From: Candidatus Altimarinota bacterium
GTDB lineage: Bacteria; Patescibacteriota; Gracilibacteria; CAIRYL01
Length of the DNA: 40,000 nucleotides
NCBI GenBank assembly: GCA_965250085.1
Contig: OZ252287.1
Coordinates: 638,934-678,933 of the forward strand
Direction of reading: 5' to 3'
Under the pieces are notes generated by a model. It saw only the letters and a list, made by a program, of their open reading frames with translations. It had not been told where the DNA came from and did no database searches. Within the stretch, counting starts at the first letter, position 1. Each line of letters begins with the position of its first letter. Below, in pieces: positions 15,961 to 24,026 of this stretch. Position numbers and translations under genes: made by a program.

Positions 15961-18189
15961 TTATATCATCGGTTCTTCAAATTCCACTTCCTGAAATTTT
16001 TCATTTGCTGGAGACGCTTTTTCTGTGCTTGCATCCACCTCTTCCCATGCAGAAATAACATTTTCTACTTGCTCCTTGGGAAGGCAGTAGTTTTCACGTG
16101 AAAACTGGCGGGCGGCTTCGGCAGAGTTATTTTTGTTATCATAAAATATATCAAGTGTACGGGCAGAAAACGCCTGTGTGGTTTCTCCATTGATCGAAAT
16201 CTTGCAGCAAAAGTCTCTCATCGCAAGATTAATAATATCCTTGGGGGTAAAAATTGGAGAATATTCTTCAGCAAGAATATCGGCGTCTTCCGCTCCGACA
16301 CGAAAGGAGATAATGGATCCGATATTTCCAAAGACAGTGGTACGAATACGCTCTGAGAGTTGTCCCATAAATTGATGAGCGAGAGTAATATTGAGACGGT
16401 ATTTTCGGGCTTCAGAGAGGATTTCATCAAAGGTGTCAGTCGCAAAGTTGTGAAACTCATCCACATAAAAATAGAAATCCTGACGTTCTTCTTCTGGCGT
16501 ATCCGCCCGTGCCATAGCCGCCTGATAAATCTTAGTGACTGCCATCGCTCCCATAAGTCCCGCATTCTCTTCTCCGAGGATTCCTTTTGACACCTTCATC
16601 AGAAGGATCTTTCCCTCATCCATGATCTGGCGAAAATCAATTTTATTTTCTGGCTGACCAACAATATTTCGAATCATATTGGTAGCAACAAATTGCCCCA
16701 TTTTATTGAGCAGTGGCGTGATGGCCTCAGCATCAAACTTTTCACTCCAGGCGGCGAATTCATTCACCCAGAAGTTCTTTACAAAATCTTCTTCAATCCC
16801 ACGAATAATATACTGACGATAATTCTTGTCCGTTAGCATCTTCATGATCGAGAGTACTGTAGTGTTGGGCGAATCCAGAAGCGCGAGGATAGTGTACCTC
16901 AGAACATGTTCGAGCTTGGCATTCCAGTTCGTACCAAAAAGTTTTTTAAAGATTTCTATAAACCCTATGGTAACGCGCATTTTGAGCTCTGGGGGAACTT
17001 TTTCTAGCGGATTAAATCCAATAGGAAAGTCCATATCGGCCGGATCAAACAGTACGACATCTTTAATTCGATTTTCCGGAATCATCTTGAGTACATTGTC
17101 TACGAGATCTCCATGGGGATCGAGAACACCCACTCCCCTCCCATTGATAAGATCGTTACGAATGAGGAGTTCTAGTAGTTTTGACTTTCCTGATCCTGAT
17201 TTTCCTACGGTATATACGTGTCTGCGCCTATCAGCACGAAAAATTCCAAATGGAACTCGGGAATTATGAAAATTTGTTTCTCCAAAAAATGAAATGTCAG
17301 GATTGTTTTGATCAATCGGAAGCGTAGATGGTGGATCTGATTTTTTACTGAGCACATAGACAATATTGGGTACTTCTCGATCGTTGGGAAGATGATACAT
17401 AGTGGCAAGTTCTTCAAGTGAGTATTTGTGCCTTCGTCCCATTTTACGAGCTTTCATTGCTGCAAAAAATCCAGCTCCCTTTTTTGCGCCATTTTGCTTG
17501 ATGCGATTGAGATCAAGAGTATTAAATTGTGAAAAAGCTCGTACAATAGAATTGAGACGTGCCTTTTGTTGCTGCTGAGTCGTGCCAAAAACACATACTC
17601 TCACCGATCCATCAAACATTCGATGGGTATTTTTCTTTTTAATCGCTTCTTTTATGAACTTTCGTACTCCTCCTTTTTTAAACCAGAATTTGACTCGAAA
17701 AATATGACGAATGCCTTCCATCCACTTGCGAATACCTCTGAAAAAATGAAATCCTCCAGAGTCAAACTGGGGCTTGATGATGTATTGAACAAGTACGCTC
17801 TCGTGAACCGGGGTTTTGGAAAGGGTAGAAAGGAGAGCGGCAAGTGAGTCGCCTTCAAACTCCTCATAGGTTTTGAGCGGCAGCACATCTGTTTTTTGGA
17901 GTCCAAGTTCCGTGCCAAGAAATGTATTTTGTCCCTTGGAAAGATAGGAAAGGAAATCGGGTATTTCCAAAATATCTGCCTCTGGATAGAGTGAATAGAG
18001 CTGTCCACGAATAAGATCTCCGAGTTGGTCATCAGCACTAAATCCGAAGGAAATATGCTGTTGATGCGCAAACATTTCAAAACTTACTTGGCGGCTACCA
18101 AGACTCTCATGCAGAAGCTCAAGAAGCTGTTTGAATGTTTCTTCCTTTTTCTGATTGTTCGGCGGAATCTTGACCAGAAACGTCTTCAT
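15961..18189 (-). CDS. Soluble VirD4/TraG/TraD-like (type IV coupling protein-like) P-loop ATPase with an uncharacterised ~300 aa N-terminal domain
   Basis: Walker A VGKSGSGKSKLL, Walker B FYFYVDEFHNFAT, and a C-terminal LAHQFMGQLSERIRTTVFGNIGSIISFRVGAEDA block typical of the TraG/VirD4 C-terminus. No N-terminal TM helices are visible. Confidence 0.8.
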   Translation of the reverse strand: MKTFLVKIPPNNQKKEETFKQLLELLHESLGSRQVSFEMFAHQQHISFGFSADDQLGDLIRGQLYSLYPEADILEIPDFLSYLSKGQNTFLGTELGLQKTDVLPLKTYEEFEGDSLAALLSTLSKTPVHESVLVQYIIKPQFDSGGFHFFRGIRKWMEGIRHIFRVKFWFKKGGVRKFIKEAIKKKNTHRMFDGSVRVCVFGTTQQQQKARLNSIVRAFSQFNTLDLNRIKQNGAKKGAGFFAAMKARKMGRRHKYSLEELATMYHLPNDREVPNIVYVLSKKSDPPSTLPIDQNNPDISFFGETNFHNSRVPFGIFRADRRRHVYTVGKSGSGKSKLLELLIRNDLINGRGVGVLDPHGDLVDNVLKMIPENRIKDVVLFDPADMDFPIGFNPLEKVPPELKMRVTIGFIEIFKKLFGTNWNAKLEHVLRYTILALLDSPNTTVLSIMKMLTDKNYRQYIIRGIEEDFVKNFWVNEFAAWSEKFDAEAITPLLNKMGQFVATNMIRNIVGQPENKIDFRQIMDEGKILLMKVSKGILGEENAGLMGAMAVTKIYQAAMARADTPEEERQDFYFYVDEFHNFATDTFDEILSEARKYRLNITLAHQFMGQLSERIRTTVFGNIGSIISFRVGAEDADILAEEYSPIFTPKDIINLAMRDFCCKISINGETTQAFSARTLDIFYDNKNNSAEAARQFSRENYCLPKEQVENVISAWEEVDASTEKASPANEKFQEVEFEEPMI

Positions 18190-18214
18190 ATCATCATTGT
18201 ATCAGAAGATACCA

Positions 18215-18243
18215 TTTGTACACCAAAATTCGTTATTTTGCAA
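18215..18243 (-). promoter_or_regulatory. Candidate sigma70-type promoter for the VirD4-like ATPase gene
   Basis: On the minus strand: TTGCAA (18243..18238), 17 nt, TACAAA (18220..18215), about 25 nt upstream of the ATG at 18189. This is a pattern match only. Confidence 0.3.
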
Positions 18244-18250
18244 TGAGTTC

Positions 18251-18312
18251 CTCCCTTAACAAGGGAGATTAGGTGGGTTTTAAACCCCTTTGAGTCCCCC
18301 TTTCCAAGGGGG
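18251..18312. repeat. Triple-hairpin intergenic repeat, copy A (immediately 3' of Cys-rich paralog 1)
   Basis: Hairpin 1: CTCCCTT-AAC-AAGGGAG (18251..18267). Hairpin 2: GGGTT-TTA-AACCC (18275..18287). Hairpin 3: CCCCCTT-TCC-AAGGGGG (18296..18312). It shares the linear core CTCCCTTnAnAAGGGAGnnTnGGTGGnTTTnAA with copy B at 23972..24026, in the same orientation. Confidence 0.7.
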
Positions 18313-18315
18313 AAG

Positions 18316-19974
18316 CTAATACACTTCTGTCAAATAGCACTCTTCACAATACACGATTTCTGGGCGATCTGGATCATAACTGGTTTGGATTTCTTTCTTG
18401 CATTTTGCGCAATTGCGATCCCAGAGTTTCCGGGGATTACGCATATTGCTTCGCTTTTTGTGACGCACCAAAAAATGCTCATGAGGAATGGGGAAATGCA
18501 TTCGTCTATATAAATCAAGCTCTGCTCTTTGAATCTTAAAGAGTTCTCCAGAGGCGTGGCAGGCTATCGCCCAGTTGAGAATATCATCTGGGATTGTATC
18601 AATTGTGTCCGGAAGTTTGGATGCAGGAATTTTTTTACTCACATCAGAAAAATCTGCTTCTTCATCATCTTTCCATTTATATCCTTTTGCGAACGCTTCA
18701 TCTTTAGACAGAGGATAGTAGTCTTGGGCCATAGTCTGGTTATAACCAAATGAAGAGATATGTATGGGAAAAAACTCTCCATATTCCCCTGTTTCAATCA
18801 TATGCTTTTTGATTCGCGGGATGAGATCTTCATATTCTTCTTTGGTGTATTGTTTGTTCAAAATGCAGTACTGCTTGTGCCGAAGCCCCATACAGCCAAA
18901 AATGTGTGAGGAATGAGGAGAGTACATACAGTATTCTGCATCACTGCACTGTCCCAGTGAATGTGCACAAAACTTCATATTATGTGATCCGTATCCACAT
19001 ACAGTGCACTCATACAGTAATTCTCCTTCACCACATTCATGAATATCCATACAGTTTTTTAGTGGCATGAATCCCTGATAGATATATTTTGAATCCCAGA
19101 GATTTGAACTATCGAAGCAATGCTCTGCATTTTTACAGTGATCGAGGTATTCACCAAAGACGTTTTCATTGTGCACGCCATGTAAATATTTTTGTGGAAA
19201 TTTAATCTGAAATTTTTGAAATTCTTCACGAGTTTTTTGAACCTCTTTCCAAGATCTGAGTTTTTGTGCATATGATTCGTATGCTTCCTTTGTCGCTTCT
19301 TTATTGTGGATGTAATACCGTTTATTACGCAGGTTCACAGAAAAGATACAATTCTTGCAGCCAATACAATTTTTAAGAAAATAGCTATCTGAACAACCTT
19401 CTGAGTCTTGGAGAAAAGACGAATTATAGCAATTATAGCTATCGACACATTCGTAGCACAGTTCGCATTTACGAGCTCTGTAACAATCCATGCAGTTTTT
19501 ACATCCGTTTATACTGTACCCATACAGACAATCCCAGTTTTCATCAGAGTCAAAAATGAAATAACAATTTTTATTTTTCCCAGCATGATTGGTATATGGT
19601 GAGTTCTCATCAAATTGGTATCCAGTAAAAAGATTAGGGCGAGGCACTCTCTCAAAAAGATCTTTGAATTGGTCAAAGAACGGCTTACTAAAGTCATATT
19701 CTCTTCCATATTCCAATGGATCCCATTTATCGCTATACCAAACTTCTTGACCATAAACCCTATATGGACTTGACGAAGGGAAATTGGAAATAACATTTTT
19801 CCCTGTGAGGTCACACTTGCGCTTATAAAGAAAGAGTTGGTTTGGTTGTGCCAATCTACGTTGTTGGCGACAATCAATGCAGTGTGTTGGATTTGGAACA
19901 TCTATTTTTTTATAAAACTCCTGGTCTTCAGGAAAAATATGGAATTCTGCCGAACAATTTATACAAGTTTTCAT
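18316..19974 (-). CDS. Cys-rich zinc-ribbon protein, paralog 1 (uncharacterised family)
   Basis: 552 aa with 34 Cys by my count, and no signal peptide or TM. N-terminal CxxC...CxxC ribbon (CINC...CIDC) and C-terminal ribbon (CAKC...CEEC). Two internal Cys-rich modules. Clearly homologous along its full length to the ORFs at 19993..21591 and 22277..23947. Confidence 0.85.
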   Translation of the reverse strand: MKTCINCSAEFHIFPEDQEFYKKIDVPNPTHCIDCRQQRRLAQPNQLFLYKRKCDLTGKNVISNFPSSSPYRVYGQEVWYSDKWDPLEYGREYDFSKPFFDQFKDLFERVPRPNLFTGYQFDENSPYTNHAGKNKNCYFIFDSDENWDCLYGYSINGCKNCMDCYRARKCELCYECVDSYNCYNSSFLQDSEGCSDSYFLKNCIGCKNCIFSVNLRNKRYYIHNKEATKEAYESYAQKLRSWKEVQKTREEFQKFQIKFPQKYLHGVHNENVFGEYLDHCKNAEHCFDSSNLWDSKYIYQGFMPLKNCMDIHECGEGELLYECTVCGYGSHNMKFCAHSLGQCSDAEYCMYSPHSSHIFGCMGLRHKQYCILNKQYTKEEYEDLIPRIKKHMIETGEYGEFFPIHISSFGYNQTMAQDYYPLSKDEAFAKGYKWKDDEEADFSDVSKKIPASKLPDTIDTIPDDILNWAIACHASGELFKIQRAELDLYRRMHFPIPHEHFLVRHKKRSNMRNPRKLWDRNCAKCKKEIQTSYDPDRPEIVYCEECYLTEVY

Positions 19975-19992
19975 GTATGGAAAAACAGAGTA

Positions 19993-21591
19993 TTAGAACG
20001 CTTTTGACACATAGCACTTTTTACAATAAACCGCTTCTGGTCGATCTTTTGCATATGTTGTGCGAATGATTTTTCTACAATTCCTGCATTCTCTGTCATG
20101 GAGTTTTCTGGGATTCCTTTGATCAAATCTCATTTTATGTCGAACTTCTGGATGTAGATTGGGGATTGGCAAGTTCATGGTTTGATAGAATTCTAATTCT
20201 TTCTTCTGCAAGAGAAATGGCTTTTTAGATTTTTCACAAATGATCACTGCATTTGAAGGTTTTTCTGAAATATCCTGTATTGTATTTTCCTTCCACTTCC
20301 AACCTTTCATAATAACCTCGTCCTTCTTCATAGGCAAATATTCATATGAAACTGTTTCATTATATGAGAAGGGAGAAGTATGAATCGGGAAAAATTCACC
20401 CCATTCTCTTGCCTGAGTCATGTGTTTTATTATTTGCGAAACCAATTCTTCATACTTTTTTTTCGTGTATTGTGTATTGAAAATACAATATTTCTTATTT
20501 TTTAGTCCTACGCATCCAAATAAATATGAACTATTGTAACAATATTGGCAATATGATGAATTCTGCAAATAACGCCCAAAATAGCAGCATTTACAATTAT
20601 GGAACCCCGTTGTGCCATTAAGTTCATAGCAAAGCTCTGCTCCACTCCCACTGTAGGAGCAACGATGCATATCCTTGGCTCCATCTCCACAAGTATCGCA
20701 ATGCTGACTGTTTTGCATGTCTAAACAATCATAGCACTCATATAAATCCTTGCACTGATCTATATAATCTCCAGTTACATTCTCGTTTTTAACCCCATGC
20801 ATATATTTATGAGGGATTCGAAGAGCGATCGCATCACGTTTGTTTTTCCATTCTTTAATTTTTGAGAGAGTGAGCTTAAGAGTTTGCATTTTTTGCTCAT
20901 ACTCTTTTTTTGAGAATTGTTTATTTTCGAATACATATTTCTGATTTCTAAGTCCTGCTGAACAAAAACAGTTCTTACATCCAGTACAGTTTTTTAAGAA
21001 ATAGCTATTGGCACACCCATTACAATCTTGAGAAAAAAACAAACTGTATCCTTGAAAGCAATCTATACACTCATAACAGAGCTCGCACTGAATGCATTTG
21101 GTTACATCTACACATGATTTGCACCATGCTGCCGTATGGCTGTAATAAACATCTTCTGAATAAAAGCAGAGAGCTAAATAGCAGGATGTATTATTCCCTC
21201 CATAATTCACATACTCACAATTTTCTGAAGTTCCATCTTGCATAAGGGCTACATGGGGAATAGATTTTTGAAATTCAGAAAATTGATCAAAAAATGATCT
21301 ACTAAAATCAAATTTTCTGCCGTAATTCATAGGATCCCACTTGTCACTCCACCAGCACTCAGAGCAATAAGGCATATATTGTGAATTTATGTCGAAAACA
21401 GAAATCATTGATTTTTTGCACAAATTACATTGATGTTTATAGAGATTGCGTTCGTTGCGAAATGCATTGCGCCTTTGTCGGGAACAATCGGGGCAACGCG
21501 TTGGTTCTGGCACCTCTATTTTTGTATAAAACTCCTGATCTTCAGGAAGTATTTGAAATACTGCCGAGCAATTTACGCAGGTTTTTTGCAT
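19993..21591 (-). CDS. Cys-rich zinc-ribbon protein, paralog 2 (uncharacterised family)
   Basis: 532 aa with 43 Cys by my count. Same architecture as paralogs 1 and 3. Lacks the KLPDTIDxIPDDILNWAI block shared by the other two. Confidence 0.85.
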   Translation of the reverse strand: MQKTCVNCSAVFQILPEDQEFYTKIEVPEPTRCPDCSRQRRNAFRNERNLYKHQCNLCKKSMISVFDINSQYMPYCSECWWSDKWDPMNYGRKFDFSRSFFDQFSEFQKSIPHVALMQDGTSENCEYVNYGGNNTSCYLALCFYSEDVYYSHTAAWCKSCVDVTKCIQCELCYECIDCFQGYSLFFSQDCNGCANSYFLKNCTGCKNCFCSAGLRNQKYVFENKQFSKKEYEQKMQTLKLTLSKIKEWKNKRDAIALRIPHKYMHGVKNENVTGDYIDQCKDLYECYDCLDMQNSQHCDTCGDGAKDMHRCSYSGSGAELCYELNGTTGFHNCKCCYFGRYLQNSSYCQYCYNSSYLFGCVGLKNKKYCIFNTQYTKKKYEELVSQIIKHMTQAREWGEFFPIHTSPFSYNETVSYEYLPMKKDEVIMKGWKWKENTIQDISEKPSNAVIICEKSKKPFLLQKKELEFYQTMNLPIPNLHPEVRHKMRFDQRNPRKLHDRECRNCRKIIRTTYAKDRPEAVYCKKCYVSKAF

Positions 21592-21595
21592 TGAA

Positions 21596-22273
21596 TCATA
21601 GTGACTTTTTCACCTTGTAGCTCAAGTACATAAATGGTGTGTCTAAAAGCACCATACAAATTTTAAATATATAAGCAGCAATCATCATTTGCCATAAATT
21701 TTCATGTATTCCATAAAAAGCAATGGGATAGAAAATCAAAACATCAATCAACTGAGTTGTCAGGGTGCTGCCACAATTCCGAAGCCAGAGCTTCTTTCCT
21801 CGTGTCATTGTTTTTATTTTATGAAACCACCAGATATCAAAGTGTTGCTCTACAGCAAACATAATAAGAGCGGCTATGACAATGCGAGAGGAAACTTCTA
21901 GAAGTGATTTTATATATGGCTGAATAAAGTCTCCTGCGACAGGAGTGAAGAAAACGATCATTTGCTGAAGAAGTCCAATGATTACTATGATAGCAATAAT
22001 TAGCCAAACGAGTTCTTGCGCTGCTTTTTTCCCCCAATGTTCGGCAATGACATCGGTAGAAAAAAATAAAGTTGCATAGATAAGTTCCCCAAAAAGAAAA
22101 ACAAATCCAAAAATTTTGATGGTGAAGGGGGCGAGAAATAATGCCAGAACTGCCAAGGCACTTAGATATCCGAAAAATATAGCCTTTCCAAAACGAAATG
22201 CCATCAAGGCGAGTGATAACAAAGTAATTATTATGGTGACTATAAGCAATAGGTCCATGTTTTTAGTGTACAT
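21596..22273 (-). CDS. yhhQ: Queuosine-precursor (preQ0/preQ1) transporter, YhhQ/VUT (DUF165) family
   Basis: Polytopic membrane protein with family blocks ATLFFSTDVIAEHWGKKAA and EQHFDIWWFHKIK...KLWLRNCGSTLTTQLIDVLIF. Its start lies 3 nt after the paralog 3 stop, and its stop lies 4 nt before the paralog 2 start. Confidence 0.85.
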   Translation of the reverse strand: MYTKNMDLLLIVTIIITLLSLALMAFRFGKAIFFGYLSALAVLALFLAPFTIKIFGFVFLFGELIYATLFFSTDVIAEHWGKKAAQELVWLIIAIIVIIGLLQQMIVFFTPVAGDFIQPYIKSLLEVSSRIVIAALIMFAVEQHFDIWWFHKIKTMTRGKKLWLRNCGSTLTTQLIDVLIFYPIAFYGIHENLWQMMIAAYIFKICMVLLDTPFMYLSYKVKKSL

Positions 22274-22276
22274 TTC

Positions 22277-23947
22277 TTAAAAAACCTCTGCCATATAACA
22301 TTTCTCACAATACATTTTTTCTGGTCTCTCTGGTGCATAGGTTGTTTGGATTTCCTTATTGCATTTGTTGCACTTGCGTTTCCAAAGCTTGCGAGGATTA
22401 CGAAGAGCCTGCCGATGGACATGTCGTATGTCTGGATGAAAATGGGGAATAGGAAATTTTTGTTTTCGATAAAACTCGAGTTCTGATTTCTGAATTCGAA
22501 AAAGTTTTCTGGATTCCTCACATTCTATAGCCCAGTTCAAAATATCATCAGGAATTTTGTCAATGGTGTCAGGGAGTTTTGCTGCGGGGATCTTTTTGGT
22601 GACATCCGAGAAATCTGGCTCTGGTTCGTCATACCACTTCCAACCTTTTTGAAGAACTTCTTCCTTTGTGAGAGGAAAATATTCTTGAGCAACAGTTTCA
22701 TTGTATCCAAATGCAGAGAGTTCTGGTGGAAAAAATTCTCCCCACTCCTCCATTTGCAGCATGTGATTTTTTATTTGAGAAAAAATATTTTTGTATTCGT
22801 CTTCTGAGTATTGCTTGTTGAGAATACAGTGATGCTTCTGCCTGAGGGAGACACAACCCAGAAGGTCATGTACGTTTTGCCAGGAAAAGATAGAATGATA
22901 GACATCTACTGCCTGAAACGCCACATAATACGATCCAACTACGTTTTTCAGACCTACTCCGACACCAGCACTATTATAACAAAGCTCAGTACTGTCTCCC
23001 CAAATATTGAGGTCATAGCAGTCATTTACTTTTTTATACATATTGGTGCAAAACTTTGAATCTCGTATGTCTCCCGCAGAATCATATATTTCAAAAGAGT
23101 TTTGACATCCATTCAGATTGTCACCGCTTGTATTCTGATTCATTGCCCCACGAAATGCCCTCTTCACTTGCCGAGCACAAAATACTTCGAATTCTTTTTT
23201 GAAATCTTGAATCTTTGAATAATGGTGCAAATCAAATTCTCCTGCTTTCTTTGTATATTCCTCTGGAGAGTAAGGGATATTAAAAATATGATGCTGTTTT
23301 TGATGAAGATTGACACATCCAATACAATTCTTACATCCAATGCAATCGACAAGAAATGCAGATTCCGTGCAGGTCTTGCAAAAACGGCTAAACTTGAGGT
23401 CAAAGCAATTAATACAATTGATACACTCGTAGCAAAGCTCATTATCCCAAAGAAATAAAAAGTCCATACAATTTTTTATTTTTGCAAAAGTTTCTCCATA
23501 CATACAGTCTTCTGCTTGTTCTCCGTCAAATACTAAGTGGCAGTTTTTGAGACGATACGCATCGTGAACATAATCACTGTTAATACAATCCCCCAGAATA
23601 ATAAGTCCTATTTTGGGAACTTCATCCCAAAGTTCTTTAAACTGGCTAAAAAAAGGGCGATTAAAATCAAAATTCCGACCATACTCCATGGGATCCCATT
23701 TGTCTCCCCACCAACACTCAGAGCAATACACAGTATACGGTTTATCTGAGGAGTAGATGGTTACCATTTGTTTTTTACAAAAATCGCACGCTCTCTTGTG
23801 CAAATTTCTCTCATTTCGAAAAGCAAGCCGACGTTGCTGACGACAGTCGGGACAGAGTCTTGGCTCGAGAACATCTATTTTTGAGTAAAATGCCCGATCT
23901 TGATCTGTGATCTCAAAATCTGTGCCGCACTGCTGACATGATTTCAC
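22277..23947 (-). CDS. Cys-rich zinc-ribbon protein, paralog 3 (uncharacterised family)
   Basis: 556 aa with 34 Cys by my count. GTG start at 23947 (GTG AAA TCA TGT CAG CAG TGC = (M)KSCQQC). Same terminal ribbons as the paralogs, but the second internal module is Cys-depleted. Confidence 0.85.
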   Translation of the reverse strand: MKSCQQCGTDFEITDQDRAFYSKIDVLEPRLCPDCRQQRRLAFRNERNLHKRACDFCKKQMVTIYSSDKPYTVYCSECWWGDKWDPMEYGRNFDFNRPFFSQFKELWDEVPKIGLIILGDCINSDYVHDAYRLKNCHLVFDGEQAEDCMYGETFAKIKNCMDFLFLWDNELCYECINCINCFDLKFSRFCKTCTESAFLVDCIGCKNCIGCVNLHQKQHHIFNIPYSPEEYTKKAGEFDLHHYSKIQDFKKEFEVFCARQVKRAFRGAMNQNTSGDNLNGCQNSFEIYDSAGDIRDSKFCTNMYKKVNDCYDLNIWGDSTELCYNSAGVGVGLKNVVGSYYVAFQAVDVYHSIFSWQNVHDLLGCVSLRQKHHCILNKQYSEDEYKNIFSQIKNHMLQMEEWGEFFPPELSAFGYNETVAQEYFPLTKEEVLQKGWKWYDEPEPDFSDVTKKIPAAKLPDTIDKIPDDILNWAIECEESRKLFRIQKSELEFYRKQKFPIPHFHPDIRHVHRQALRNPRKLWKRKCNKCNKEIQTTYAPERPEKMYCEKCYMAEVF

Positions 23948-23971
23948 AAGAGAACAGTATCAAAAAAACTG

Positions 23972-24026
23972 CTCCCTTGAAAAGGGAGGCTGGGTGGATT
24001 TAAATAAATCCCCTTTTTCAAAGGGG
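23972..24026. repeat. Triple-hairpin intergenic repeat, copy B (between the K+ channel stop and the paralog 3 start)
   Basis: Hairpin 1: CTCCCTT-GAA-AAGGGAG (23972..23988). Hairpin 2: GGATTT-AAAT-AAATCC (23996..24011). Hairpin 3: CCCCTTT-TTC-AAAGGGG (24010..24026). On the minus strand, hairpin 1 is followed by CAG and then T7 (plus-strand A7 at 23962..23968). Confidence 0.7.
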
